Shown piece after piece: positions 40,030 to 55,378 of a DNA stretch of 64,000 nucleotides (position 1 is its first letter; each line of letters begins with the position of its first letter). The stretch spans positions 9,672,001 to 9,736,000 of the forward strand of contig OX597829.1 in NCBI GenBank assembly GCA_951406725.2, in the 5' to 3' direction. Below the pieces are notes generated by a model. It saw nothing but the letters and a program-made list of their open reading frames with translations. It did no database searches and was not told the DNA's origin. The position numbers were made by a program, and so were the translations under genes. The DNA is from Octopus vulgaris (taxonomy: Eukaryota).

Positions 40030-40958
40030 GAATACAGGCAACAAACTGAAGAGAAGTCGCCAACTAGTTAGGTTCAGTGCCTTGTTTAAACATTTGGCCA
40101 TCTTTCGCTTCTTGCATTGGATCCTAAACGGTTTTAAGGAGCCTGTAAACCAGTTCCACTTGGTTGTTCGCTTCTAATATTTCTTGCCAGATTGTTAATT
40201 TGGTCTTTATCTGTTGTATGTCGTCGGTATAGTAGTACTCTGCAAATATCCCTTTCTGGGGCATATTGTTTGCTGTCATCGCTGTTGCTGTAATCATTTG
40301 TTTGCTGCTACTTTTGCTTCTGATGGTACTACTTCTACTGATGCTTCTGTGGCTACTGCTGCTGATGTCCACCACTCTCTCCACTTTTCAAAATCCTCTG
40401 GTTCCTGCTGTCACATCGGGTTTCTTCTTCTTATTAGCCTGACAGCTTTCCTTTCATCCCTTTCTCGTTCCACAGTTGAGTACAGTTCCGTTATAGCGTG
40501 GTGGTCATAGAGGATTATTAGCACTTGCAAGTCTATAAGGGCAGCTCCTTAACTAATACTTTTATTTTTTTGTGCTGCAGAATTTGGGACGGTCCAAAGA
40601 TCATGCTACAACCAATGTTCCTTTCTTGACTGTAACCGTTTTATTTATTCTCCTCATATAGTGTGGGACCTGCCTGCGTGCCATTTTAAAACGCATGAAT
40701 TCTATCTGTTATGTCTTGTTTAGTCTGAAAGATCGGGCACACTTTTCCAAATGCTCTTCTCGGTGAATAAGGGTCGCAACTTTCCACGTTAAGTCTCCTT
40801 CTGTTAATTTTATTTGTGTGTGTGTGTGTTCGCACGCGCACACACATATACACATATTTAGTACCTCCCTTTACAGCTCTTCGTTGTAGTACTCGTGCAA
40901 GGAGGCACTGTTCTGCGTACCTTACCACTCCAACGTGCTTTTCTTTTCCAGGAGCCAT
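40030..40958 (-). pseudogene. Possible decayed LINE ORF1 (gag-like) remnant
   Basis: Non-repetitive sequence, purine-rich on the minus strand. Broken CCHC-spaced motif C(+1 nt)xNCGTRKG*KESC at ~40442-40484. Upstream peptides RRAFGKVCPIFQTKQD and VPHYMRRINKTVTV. Multiple stops and frameshifts. Confidence 0.35.
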
Positions 40959-41284
40959 CTTATTTTAAATAATTCAGCCTGATTAACGATAATATCAATA
41001 CTATCGTATTGCTATTAACGTCATTAGAAATATTATTTTTTGCATTTCTTAGAGTCTAAATGTTAACAGGAACTATTTTTAGCTGTATTCATTTCCTTTT
41101 ATTTATCCCTTGTCTTTTTTAACTGCTGCTTATATTTCAAATATTTTCAATGGAAATTCTCGGCGGCATACCCTCTGCTGCCTCGCTTGTATCTAACACC
41201 GCTTCTTACTATCCCAAAAGAATAAGTGATGTTTGTTTTCAAAGTAATATACATGGCTATTGACGATATCTTTATTCTTCAACA

Positions 41285-41360
<76 letters not shown>

Positions 41361-41900
41361 GACGCAGTACCAAGCAGCGCTCTCGTGGCTTCTGATCTTA
41401 ACGGATTGTAAGTGTTATCATGTATATTGTTTTGTCTTGGTATAAAAGATGGGTTACAGCAAATATTCTGCTCAATACCACAGATTTACTTGTCAGTTGT
41501 TTGACCATAACTAGTTGAGCATGTCCATTCGTGGCTGACGATATGTGCATCTCTGATCACGAGCAGAAATAGTGGGAGAACAACATAGCCATGTATTGAG
41601 ATGAATTATTCAGGGTTTGAACAATTCACCCCTGGAAACATGGGTGATTCATTCATCATCCTAAAACAACCCTTATACAGGGACCGTTTGAGCGGGATGG
41701 GCTACTCAACCTGAAAAAAATTCTAATTAGGCCCCCGCCTGCGAAGTCATGCGCTGTTTATTTTGATATGAAATCACCATGTCATGCACATATGGTTGTG
41801 ATGCATGTGCCTGGTGCACCCTTTTCAGATGTACAGTCTTGATGGCGCATATTTTACCTCTGTCACTTGGATGGCATCCGCTACTCACTCAGTTACTCAC

Positions 41901-41901
<1 letters not shown>
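41361..41901 (+). mobile_element. Repeat family F, ~540-bp element embedded in (AAT)n
   Basis: Flanked by (AAT)n at 41286-41360 and 41901-41962. Second copy in opposite orientation at 7889-8320. No ORF, no recognisable tRNA head. Confidence 0.85.
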
Positions 41902-41962
<61 letters not shown>

Positions 41963-43671
41963 GTTTCAATTTAGGCGCAAGGCCAAAAGTTTATAAGAAT
42001 GATAATATTTTCTTTATTCACTACAAATGGTTTTCATGAAAAAAAACCCATTAAAGATGGCTCGGGACAAAACATTGAGTGTGTGTGTATGTGTGTGATT
42101 GCGTGTTGGTGTGAGGATTTTGTGAGTAAACAGGTTTAACAAAAAAAAAGTGTGGTAATAAAATTTTAACAAGGGAAAGAATTTTATTCGATACAAAAGC
42201 TTAAACGCCAAGGATAGCACAAGTATCATTGATAAAACAATGAGCTTTTATACAGCGTCAAAATGGCCGACACAACAAAGACACTAAATAACAATATGAT
42301 ATGAAAAGATTACAATATGCGAAGAGTGGGAAAATCATTTAGCGTAATTCGGAGAAACCCCACCACCACTGCCCTAGGTTACTATGACGTATCAAAAGTC
42401 CGCAGCACTCCTAGTTTCTTGTCTCTTCTTTCTAGGAGCCAAGAATATTCAGAATCGACCAATTCACTATCGTCAGTCTCGCCACTCTCGCCTACGTATC
42501 GAAAAACACAACGACGGATGGCAGCAACTCACTTGTCACCCTCATCATCCTTATGAAGTGGTGCTTAATGAAGTTGCTGAGTTGATCTAACAGGAAAAGC
42601 CCTGTCCTCAAAAACTGAAAGCACCTCCACCACCAACAAACTTCCTTTGCCATGACAACCAGAAAGAGAAAGTAACTAACTGCACTTCCTTGCTAAAAAA
42701 TAATATAAAACAAGATTAACTTTGAGGATTATATGTGATATCAGATGCTCGATACAAATGTCTTCAGAGTATTTAGTTGTCTTGTGCGCACCACGATGTT
42801 TACCTCATCCGTATTTAGAGATTTTGTCTCGAGTAGGCAATGGCTCCCACGAAGTAGTACCTAGTAAAGAATTTTTTGAAATTATCCTTAATTCCTGACC
42901 TAAAAGCCTTTAAGTGAATATTCAAAATCGTTCCACTGACTTTTCTTCACTCTACTAGCTCCAGCTGCTAGAGCAAAACGATCGCCTAATAACATTCCGG
43001 ATGCCGAATGCTCAAGCTCCGTCTACGCTTAATCTAGTACTACAGCTCAACCAATGAGACTAAATATGGAGAGACGTTTAGTTATTGTGAGCGTAAATGT
43101 CCTGAATGAGAGCGAACAGGTGTGTTTCAGATATCCTGGTCTGGCCGATGACTACCACGTGTGTTGTCATTGTTTTTCATGCTATTGCTGCTAACTTGTA
43201 GTAGTTGAAATCTTCTTGGTGTTGGTGGTGGTGACAGCGTGTTGTTTATGTGCAGTCAGCTGTTGTTGTTGTTGTTGTTCATGTAGTTTTTTTTTTGCTG
43301 TGGATCTAGTTATGTTATGGATCGTGTAGTTGTTGATAATGAGGTCGTTCAAGTGTTGTCGCTGTTGGTTGTCTTGAATATTAACTGAACCTCTTTGATT
43401 TTTGTAGTCTTGGCTTTTGATCGCCAGACTACTCGAATCTGCTTTATCTTCACCATTCTTTATTTTCAAACACTCTAAACTGTGCCTTTGTTTTTGGGGG
43501 ATTTTTTAACGCTTTTTGTTTACTGGGGTTTAAACTCAAAGCGTAATGAGTCAGAAGAAATATCACAGGACATTTCCTCTGTCGCATTGGCAGTACAAAG
43601 TCGAAATACAACGGTGGGGCGGAATTTACATCAAATTGAAAGGCAATAATGAAAAGAATAGGAATAGTACT

Positions 43672-43900
43672 AATGATTTATTTTATTTGCTAAAGAGTAA
43701 GGAACGTGGGGACATTGTGCAAGGTAATACGTAGATAAGTTACAGAAAGTGTGACGAATTTACATCGAAGTTAAATAAATAGGGAATGTAAAGAGTGAAA
43801 ATTTACACAATCAACAGAATTGTTCTGAGAGGAGGGCAATCATTTGGAGTTATTCGTGAAATATCACGGAGGCTCTGATTAGATATTTTCTCAGCCTCCA
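43672..43900 (-). mobile_element. Probable LINE (L1/Tx1-like) 3' UTR remnant
   Basis: Minus strand is pyrimidine-rich (CCTCTCAGAACAATTCTG...GTAAATTTTCACTCT...CACGTTCC) and ends in GCAAATAAAATAAAT with a polyA signal. Family recognised from memory only. Confidence 0.4.
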
Positions 43901-45428
43901 GACTGACAATGCGTCCATCTTATTGAACTATGATCGACACTGTTATCCATCTTAAGTTTAATTTACAGAAGAGTAGCATCTTTTTGCCAACTGAAACATG
44001 AAAAACAAAAGAATAAAAAATAAAAGAAAACCAATGAGGAAGGTGTCTTTTATTTAATTGTTTAATTCCTTTAGTCACATACACTTTACATTCACTTCTG
44101 CTATGACCGTAAGACAGAGGGAAATTACTTGCCGTTTCCAGTCAAAGGAAAGCCGACGGAACGACCTTCCCGGTTATTTCTATAGATAGCCGGATCCGTC
44201 CAACACGTGACAACGGTTATCTACAAAGATCTATAAATCAAATAACAATTACAACAGTAACAACTACAACAACTACTACAGCTACTAGTCACGGTCGTCG
44301 TTAGCCTTATCATCACATTGATCAACATTTTCTTTTCTTTGGTATCATTATAATCATCATCGCCGAGATCATCATCATACTCTTGCTCCTGTTCCCCTTC
44401 CTCCTCCTCCTCCTCCTCCTCCTCCTCATCATCATCATCATCATCATCGTTATCTTTGTGAACATCAGAACATCACTTTAGTAACTTCCTTCTCCTCTTT
44501 CGTTGTTGCCGTTGTCTTTATCTCATCCTGTTCCTTTATCATGTTATTCTTTTCTTGTCTTGTCTAATTTTTATTGGTTTATCTTCATAATATACTATTT
44601 AATTAGTCATCTGTGTCCTTGTAACCTCTGATAAACTCTATGGCAAATACGGGTCTCACTTATTTCAATCAATCTTTCCAACCAACCAGTGACACAACCA
44701 GTGACACAACGATGAAAACTGTAAGATCCCAGATATCTTCACTGTTCTCAGTTATTGGATTGCGGCCATGCCTGGGTACCCATAATCGGCTTTAGTTGAT
44801 TGTATTGATTTTGATTCTGGCAGTTATTTTATCAATTTTTGTCGCTTGGCTAAGTTATCATCTTTAGCTGATATTGTTCCTGTAAACCCCACATCGATCT
44901 CATTACCCTCTTGACTTTTCTCACGTACATATTGTGTTTCGGTTACATATTGTGTCCAGTACCCACCTTTTTTTTAAAGAAAGAAATTGTAGGCTTTGAT
45001 TTAAGAGAGAATTGTCATGTAAATTTAACATTGCACAACGATTCCATATTGACACTTATTACAGTCATTTTTTTTACACCTTCACAATCGTTCAACGTCT
45101 AAGAATTGTGGCTTAGCAGAATCACTAAAACGTCAAACAAATGGCCCCCGTATTATGAGTTCAAATCCCGTTGTGGTTGATTTTTGCCTTTTATCTTTTA
45201 TATGTCTGGGATTGATAAAAAATACAAATCATGTAGTAGGTCAATATAATCGACGAAGTTGTTTTGCCTCAGATCATCCTCGTTTGAAGAGACTTATGAT
45301 TAAACCTTTCCAAACCGAAAGCAACTTGACTTCTTTACAGGCAAAACGTGAAAGCATTTTGTGAATAGAGTCGTTGGTTACAGATTTCTAACGGACCTAT
45401 TACGGGTTCATTGAATTTTCAAAGACCG

Positions 45429-45505
<77 letters not shown>

Positions 45506-46291
45506 TATAATAATAAATACTACAAAGTATTATTTTTTTATATTTTTCGACGTACCGATTTATTGAGCATTCTATCACTGATGTGTATGTAATATCTTTT
45601 TACTAATATACTAGTGTAAATCTCAGCATTATTAGACATAATTACACACTACTTCATCATTTAATATTTCTCCATTTCATTTTTTTTTGGTAAATTCAAA
45701 CGAATATATTTATATATCCACGTGTGTATGTATCGCGCGAGTGTGTGCGAATAATGTGTATGTGTTTGCGTGTGTGTATGTGTGTGTGTGTGTGTGTGTG
45801 TGTAGATGTGTGTGTGTCTTTGTGTTTCTACCGGTTTCAGCTTCTGCATACCAAAGTTTCGTCAGAATACATTGGCTAAAAGGAATGTATGATAGAAGAA
45901 GCACTTGTACAAAAACCCACCAAAAAACCAAAGCGACCTCGCAGTGGTACCGAACGCAGAATCATTTGTATGCGAACAGCACTTGTGAACTATATAACCA
46001 TGCTTGCTTATATTTAACGGGTCGTGGGACTAGATTATACAGTTCTTGGTTGGGTAGGATATAGGATCCAGCTACCAGACTTGTAAATCGAATAGGTGGG
46101 CTAAAGAACATTCTACTGCTGTATAAACGATTTAATCTTTAGGGTATCATATCTGACACTCGGGTCAAACGAAGAATTTATATTTGATCACACACACACA
46201 AATCCCCAATTCCCCACTTCCCACCATACATATTCATAGACACCTAAATATTAACCTATATATACATATACATATATATATATAGATATAC

Positions 46292-46324
<33 letters not shown>

Positions 46325-46684
46325 TATACGTATATATATATTTGTACACACATACAGATTTATATACAAGTTTGTGTTGGTGTATATATGCATATATGTG
46401 CGTGTGAGTTTGTATGCATATGCATGTATATACACACACAAACACACACATGTACAATACATGCACTCGCACATGCATACGCATAAACAGGCGGATGTGT
46501 ATTTCTTTCATTCTGGTCTCAGGCACATCCAAATAATTTTATCTCTCTTTTCATGCTTTATTTACTTTTATCATAATCTTTATTTATTTAAAAAAAAAAT
46601 CCAGTACATATTTGGGAACTCACACGCTTTCACATTATAATTCTGCTATTTGTAGCAGAAATATACATGCGCACAGAAGCACAC

Positions 46685-46716
<32 letters not shown>

Positions 46717-46980
46717 GATACACACATATACACAAACACATATTTACATGTAATATTTGTATGTATTTATGTCTGCGTGAATTATATTTTTATCCTTCAT
46801 TTTATACTTTTTGAGATCTAGTTATAAGTTATATATTAAAAAAAATTGTATATATATGTATATTAGTTATTTATGTATTGGTTTATGTCTATCACTGTTT
46901 GAGTTGCATAATAGTGGTTTTATCTCTAATTCATATTTTATACATAAATATATATACATACATTTATACATATACTTATA

Positions 46981-47024
<44 letters not shown>

Positions 47025-47886
47025 TATATACAAACATTTATACATATACATATATGTATGCATATACGCATGTGAGGATGTATATGTGTTTGTGTATACA
47101 TGTAAGTATGTGTTGCGTGTATTTGCGCGCGCATGTGTGTGTGTGTGTAATTACATGAGTGTTTTACTTATCATTGAATGCATGTCTATGGAATGCAGCT
47201 CTTAGTAATACCACATAATTTCGAAGACTGTCCCAATATCGCAAAGCATGAGACGTATAATTTGTATCCTACTGTCGGCACTAACCAATCAAACTGGTGG
47301 CTATATAACTATGAGAATGTAGGTAGGGAAACGAAGCATATGAAAGCCTTCCGTAGAGTGCATAGTCAGAAGATCTATTACCCTATCTAAACTGTTGTGA
47401 ATTCAAAATGTCTCCGTCAGACATTTTGCTACAGCAGCGTGGAACTTATCAACTGACAGCTATGCACACCGAAAAAAAATCACTAGGTCACGAAAAAATA
47501 TTTTTTGACTGCCTAAATATATACTACAGATGATATCTGAAAAATGTTAACTGTTGGAGAGAGAAAGAGGGCGAGATTGGAAAGCTGGCTATGTCCTCTG
47601 TCCAGAAGAGGGCTCACATCCCAAACTGGAATGCCCTGACTGAACTACTACGGTGTCTTACTATTTCAAGCTATTTTCCAAATCTTATTGTATGTGGGGC
47701 TAATTGAATTCCCGTCTGATGTTTTTGAGAGTAACCCCTGTAAACATCACGTGTTTAGAATGTTCACTCCCTCACCACCAGTAATTGTTAACAAGGCTGT
47801 CACCGAAATATTTTGCAACAAGCTGTAAGATTTCAATTCCATCCAAGACGGCTTTCATGACCTCCGGCATCATACATAGGCTTCCT

Positions 47887-47918
<32 letters not shown>

Positions 47919-49251
47919 TGTATGTATGTATGTATGTATGTATGTATGTATGTATGTATGTATGTATGTATGTATGTATGTATGTATGTATGTATGTATG
48001 TATGTATGTATGTATGTATGTATGTATGTATGTATGTATGTATGTATGCATGTATGTATGTATGTATGTATGTATGTATGTATGTGTATGTGTATGTATT
48101 TATGGCTAAGTAAAATGAAGGGAGTGTTATGGTAGTCACCTCTTCAGCGCCTCTGTGACTGGTTTGAGGAAAAAGATGAGCGAACCGCAGATCAGAGACC
48201 CTGCTCAAATGTCCCTTAATAATAAGGGCCTATTAAGAAAAGTCAACCCGGTGAGAATGTGAATGCATATTCCTCAAGCTCCTTAAACAGTAGTGAATTA
48301 CCATCAAACTACTGAGTTGATGAGTTGAACACTGCTAATAAGATGGCGGCATTCAACAGATGACAGTTAAAATATTACTCAAGTTTATATGTATCTTTTA
48401 TTGCTGCTGCTGCTGCTACTTCACCACAGATAAGCTTTGATTCACAGGTAATATTACTAAAAAGTATTCGAATCGTGACCATTTCGCCATAATTCTCATG
48501 CACAATACACCCAGGAACACCTGTGAAATATTATAAAAACAGCAATGTATGATTTGAAAGATACTTGGCTGCTGTTTCTAAAAGTTTGAGCTGCAGTTGT
48601 AGACGCTCCATTTGGCTAATTTGGTATAGGGTTGCCGAATCTTCGATCTGGTTTCGATCTACTTTTGAAACCAATTTACACTAATTATATCGCTATCGAC
48701 AATCAGAAACACATGAATGTCGCCCAATCTCATTTTTTTTTCAAATCGATTTTTGTTTAATTTTTCATCCAACTCTTATTGATTATCTTTAAATGTTTAG
48801 GCATTTAATTTGTTGTTAATCAAATATGAATTCGTATCACATATCCAAACATGTTTTCCCATACACACACAGGCTCACAATCATAGATATTTAAGTACAT
48901 TAACAAATACTGTTGATCCAATGTAATCCCGATAGGATAATCCAAGAAAAACAAAGACTAAATTATGTCAGTAAAATATAAAAAATATACTATAAAAAAA
49001 GTATTTAAAAAAATTAAGTCTCACGTACTTCGATCCATTGAGATTATTTCTCTTCTGTTCTAACCATTTTTTTCTTTCCCCTCGTATTTCTTTGATGAGA
49101 GATAAGTAGTTTGAAATTTGAGAACGTTTCTCAAACTATCTTCAACTCAGCGTGAAACTAGTATATTAATTTAGCATTTCTGTAGCATATTTTTACGTTA
49201 TTTTTAAGATACATCCTTCCTTCCGCGCACAAGCATACATACATACATACA

Positions 49252-49287
<36 letters not shown>

Positions 49288-49307
49288 TATATACATACAT
49301 ACATACA

Positions 49308-49371
<64 letters not shown>

Positions 49372-49818
49372 TGTATATGTATATACTTATATTTTGATAT
49401 TCATGCACATGTACATATAAACGTATATGTATGTATACTACATACATGTATAAGCAAGTACAAATATATGCACACACACACACACAAACACAATCACGAA
49501 CACTCACATACATGCATATAATGTTTGTGTAAAGCTGATTAGCAATACTTGCTTGTCAAGCTTAGTTCCTGTTCATATTATTTTTTTTGTTCCATTTCTG
49601 TTTGTTTTTTGATGATGCACTGGCAGAACCGGTATAAAAAAGGGTGAAATACCTTGTGGTGTTTAGTTAAGGTGCTCTACGTACCCGGTTGAAATCCCTC
49701 TAAGGTCATCCTTACTTTTCATCTCTCTGGGGTGGATGAAAGTACTAACCAATTAGGAGAGTCAATTAAATCAACTGACTGCTCTCTAAATTCCTGACTT
49801 TATTCGTATGTTAGAAAC

Positions 49819-49947
<129 letters not shown>

Positions 49948-51927
49948 GTGTTTATCCGAATTGTGAACCTGTATTGCTGATGCTTCCGCCACTAGCTTCA
50001 CCACCAACCTTATCATCACCACAAACAGCACCACCTATCACCGGTAAATACTATGGTTATATATTGATTTCCGGTATCAAAATAAAATCATGTATTATGC
50101 AGGAAGGGATAAACGATTGTATCGGCTCTTGTATTTGACTGGTATTTATTGCCTTAATCCCAGGAGGACAAAAATGTAAAGTGTACACGGGAGTTATTTG
50201 AACTGGAAAACGGTTGTTGCGTGTTCTAGCGATACTACAAGTGTCCATCTTGTTAAAATTGTTTGAAGAAGCAACAATTATGCAACAACAATTACGATAA
50301 TGAATTAACTTAAGCATAAAGCCAAGGAAGCACAAAACCAGCAATTCTGAGTACATTGACCTCAGTACTTGTCTGGTACTTTATTTTAACAATGTATGCA
50401 TGAAAACTAAGCTTTTTCCCCAACGCTTCAAGGAACAACAACATCAACAGCAATGATAAACAATGACAACAACAAAAACAATAATATTTATTCTAATGCA
50501 AGCATTAGTTCATGTAGGTGACAGTATATATTAAAAAATGCAGAAATTATTCAACCATAATGATCTGGAAATAGAGATAACCAGAATGTGGGGTTTATAT
50601 AATGTGTAAAATGAACGATTAGGAATACTGAAAACACATTTTTCGTAACTTGATAATTTATGAACCCATTCATTTGTACTCTCTCTCTCTCTCTGCCTCT
50701 TCTCCACCTCTCTCCCTGTCTCTCTTTCTATCACTCTCTCTAACTCTATCTCTGTCTTATAATCCCTTTTAAACTCACATTCTCTCTTACTCTGTTTATA
50801 ATACCAAAACTCGTAATCTCTATCGTTCTCAATACACTAATGTAGCTAGAGTTCCTTTGCATTCTGTATGTGTATGCTTCTCTGTGTGTTTGGAAATATT
50901 TTGTTTCAGTAACGCATTTAAAAAAAAAACTTCATTTCTTTCTTTCTCTGGAACAAGAATAGATGATTGTTTCCCTTTTTAAGGACATCTTCTTCTGGAC
51001 ATTTTGTTGTTGTCTATTATTTGTAAATTTGTTTGATTTGCAAAATTATTACTTGCAAGGTACGTACTGTAATAAGAAGATTTCCTTTTTTTTCTACCCC
51101 CCACCACTTTCTGCTTATTCGCAAATAGCACTGAAGTTTTTTTTTTTATCCATATGAATGTAAATCATCTCTCAGTTTAAGAAAGATAAAACAGAAGAAC
51201 GTATTTTGTATTCCAGTAGCATTTCTTCGCCAACTGTTCAATGTTTTATAAAATGTGTACAGACCCTAACGTCCCTTCCTGCCATCTCAGTACCTGTACA
51301 TTTACCAGAGAACTCGTTAACACACAAACTCCTGCTGAGTCACTAGGAAGAACGGTCAAGAGCGTTCTTATTTTCTGAGGGCCCAATTTCCGCAGTACTA
51401 CGCTTCAAACAAAATAATAATGCATAACAAATTGCACAAATAATTTTAGGGAGAAAGAAAACCTTATGCTGCTAACTAACTTTTCAGTTATGGTCTTTAG
51501 ATATCTCCTTTTCTGAGAGCTTCATTTTTTCATTACGCTAGCTACAAGCTGATATAACTTCCGGTTGATTTTTAAGTACAGTGTTCAGGTACATTTCAGA
51601 TATATTTCACATTTTTATATACACTCTCGAGGTCTATCATTGTCGGGGCATATTGTTCTTTTTCTTTTCTTTTTTTTTCTTCTTTTTATCTTTCGCTTCT
51701 GGTTTAATTCAGATCATTTTGACTACCGGACCATGACTCATTGAATTCACAATACTGCATTTACTTGTTGACTTTTTTTTTTCTTTTTTACCCTTCATTG
51801 TTGATTGTACACGAGTTATTTATTTGGTATCTCTTGTTCTTGGTTTGCCTCTGAGAAGTAAAAACCAGTCTTTCGAAACAGGTTTATTTCTACTTATTAA
51901 TATACATGCGTGTGTGTGTATTTGTAC

Positions 51928-51992
<65 letters not shown>

Positions 51993-52427
51993 TAACCTCA
52001 GTGAACTCAGCCATCCTTTCATTGTTTTCATAAGCCTTGGAGAGCGAGAGAGAAGGGGGAAAGGAGGGAGAGAAAGAGACAGGCGAGTGGAGAGAGAAGG
52101 AAAGAATGAGAGAGCGAGAGAGAGAGAGCTTCAGCGAGTGAGAGAGAAGGAGAGAGGGAGAGAGGCCTCTATTATTATTCCATGCCTTTTTTCAATAATG
52201 ATAACTTTAGTTATTCAATTTCATACGAGATAGATATTCAAATACATTCGCTATTGTGGCTGTTATTTCCGCATTACAGCCCGAGCCTCACATCCTTCTA
52301 ACGTAGATTTAACACCACTAAATCATCTCTGGCCAGATAAATAAAACCTATGTGTAGTCCACAGTTGAGAGAAATGTTGTTGTTATCATCACCATCATCA
52401 AAACCCACCCACCCCACTCATCATCGG

Positions 52428-52517
<90 letters not shown>

Positions 52518-52523
52518 TATTAA

Positions 52524-52738
52524 GGCGGTGAATTGACAGAATCGTTAGCACGTGGTGTAAAATGCTTAGCGGCATTTCGTCCGTCTTTACGTTTTGAGTT
52601 CAAATCCTGCCTAAGTCGACTTTGCTTTTCATCCTCTTGGGGTCGATAAAATAAGTACCAGTTGAGTACTGGGGTTAATGTAGCCGACTTATTCCATTCC
52701 TTGAAATTGCTGACCCTGGGTCAAAATTTGAAGCTAAT
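52524..52738 (+). mobile_element. SINE family D, well-preserved copy next to (ATT)n
   Basis: GGCGGTGAATTGACAGAATCGTTAGC...GAGTTCAAATCC...TTTCATCCTCTTGGGGTCGATAAAATAAGTACCAG. Confidence 0.9.
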
Positions 52739-53004
52739 ATTATGTTCCATTCCAATTTGATTGTATGTGATTAATTAATTATATTAATGCTACAATACAT
52801 ATTTTAGTTTGGTACTTATATTATTGATCCTTATAATTATCTTTATACCTGGTGTAAAGTGACAAAGCTCTGAGAGAAAGAGAGAGAGAGAGAGGAAAGC
52901 GAGAAAGAAAGAGAGAGAGAAAGGGAGAGAGGCAGATGTTATGTATAAAGACATACACAGACAGAAAGACAGGCAGACAGACACAGGCACACAGACAGAC
53001 AGGC

Positions 53005-53078
<74 letters not shown>

Positions 53079-53259
53079 ATTGATAGATAGATAGATAGAT
53101 AGATAGATGAGAGACAGACGGGTAGTTAGACAGACAGACAGATAAATAGATAGATAGATAGGTAGGTAGGTAAGTAGGTAGGTAGGTAGGTAGATAGGTA
53201 GGTAGGTAGATAAATAGGTAGATAGATAGATAGATGGATAGATAGATAGACAGATAGAC

Positions 53260-53322
<63 letters not shown>

Positions 53323-53375
53323 CAGTGTGTGCGCGGCTCTTGTAAATGGTCACTCAAAGTGCTAGAAATAACAAC

Positions 53376-53427
<52 letters not shown>

Positions 53428-53539
53428 GTGTTATAGAGGACTTATTGGGTAATGTTATGCAGCGAAAATTCTTCTAGAGGAAAATTATATTAGAGGTACG
53501 GTCATGGTTAGAGTAGCTTTTGTTGTTTGGAGGTAATGA

Positions 53540-54480
53540 TGGTAGACTTGCAGAATTGAAGAATTGAGCATTATACAAAATAGCTTTCGGTATTCACACC
53601 ATCTCTGCACATTCTTAGCTCAAAACCAGCTGAGTTAAATGGTGTCTCTTACTATTTTACAATCGATAAAAAACATCTGTCGTGTATTTGTGCTAACTTA
53701 ATCGACTAACCACAAAACCCAAAATTTCAGGCCATTCGTCTCTTGTTGTTACATTATAGGGTATAAGGAATTGAGCAGGCAGAATCGCTTGCACGCCGGA
53801 CAAAATGCTTAGTGGTATTTTGTTCGTCTTTACGTTCTGAGTTCAAATTCCGCTGAAGTCGACTTTGCCTTTCATCCTTTCTGAGTCGATAAAATAAGAA
53901 CCAGTTGAACACTGAGGTCAATGTAATCGACTCATTCCCTCCTCAAAAATTGCTGACCTTGTGGCAAAGTTTGAAGCCAATATTATTCTTTGCCTTTCAT
54001 ACATTCTGGGTGAATGAAGCAAGCACTCGCGTCGATGCAATCGACTTGGCACGCTCCCCTCAAAATTGAAGGCCTTGTACCTTTAACAGAAAAAAACTTA
54101 CTATTGTAGGGTGTGGATTATGTCGGATTAGCAGAATGATGAATGTTGATATTTGTTCCAGCTTTTTACTTTTAACGTAAAATTCTCTTCGAGGTCATCT
54201 CCAGCTTTTATTCGGGATATTCCTTCCTCTAAATTTCTGGCTTTAAGCCCGTATTCGAAATTACTGTTTTAAGACGTTGCATCGGCAAAGTCATAAGATG
54301 TTCTGAGCTATGCTTTGCAGTATTTAGCTGCTTTACTCTATGTTTTGAGTTCAAATCCTGCTGAGGGTATCTTCAACTTTTATGTTGCCAGGGGCCAAAA
54401 ACAAATAAGTGTTGAGGTCGATGTATTCAACGAAACTCCCAACCCAAATTTCAAACCTTTTGCTTTTATTACCACCAATT
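53540..54480 (+). mobile_element. Array of about five same-orientation SINE family D copies of differing divergence
   Basis: Best copy at 53767-53982, partial at 53988-54095, degenerate at ~53540-53750, 54110-54265 and 54275-54480. Confidence 0.75.
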
Positions 54481-55338
54481 ATTGTCATTATTTTTTTCTT
54501 ATTCGTAAATTGATATAACACCATGTGTTTTGGTTATTTATACAGTCTTTTGTCGACTTCCTCTGAAATTTGTTTGTTTTGCTTTCATTTTCTCCACTGT
54601 ATATTGTATATAATGCATGTAATTGTCGCCGTACAAACGGTAATAATTATTTATATACGCTTGTGTACAGAAGGCTCTATTACATCTGCATTATGATGAA
54701 TATCTACACACATTCGTGTTCGTCTGTATGTGTGTAGTGGGGAATGGCGGTAAATCTCTCTTTCCCCTCTGTCTATTCCAAGACATCCATGCATGTGCTC
54801 GTCTTATTGTATTCACAAATGGTTTATATATACGTCTGCGTAGCTCGGTGTTTGTAGGTATCAGTCAATGAACATATCCAATCAACAAACCAACTAAACA
54901 GTAAACGCCATAAAAAAACCTATCCCTCCATTTCGTTTTCTCTTTGTCTGTCTCTTTCTCCCTCTTCTCTCTGTTTCCCTCTCTCGTTCCTCACCTCTCT
55001 CTGTCTATTATATTACATTATATTATATATACATCATATTATATAACATTATATTATATTACATATATATCATACTTCCTGTATCTCTCCATTCGATTAA
55101 CTGGGACTGAATGTGCTAAATTTTTGTAAGAAGCCTACGAATTCGCATGGAGCCGAATCAAATTGTTTTAAATAATAATTAATACATGTGACTCCAACTA
55201 AATGGGTTGAGTGTCATTTCCTTTTATTACTGCACTCACTCGTATACATACATACAGGCAGGCAGGCAGGCAGGCAGACAGACAGACAGACATACACACA
55301 CAGTTAGCCAGCTAACTAGATATATAGATAGATATAGG

Positions 55339-55378
<40 letters not shown>

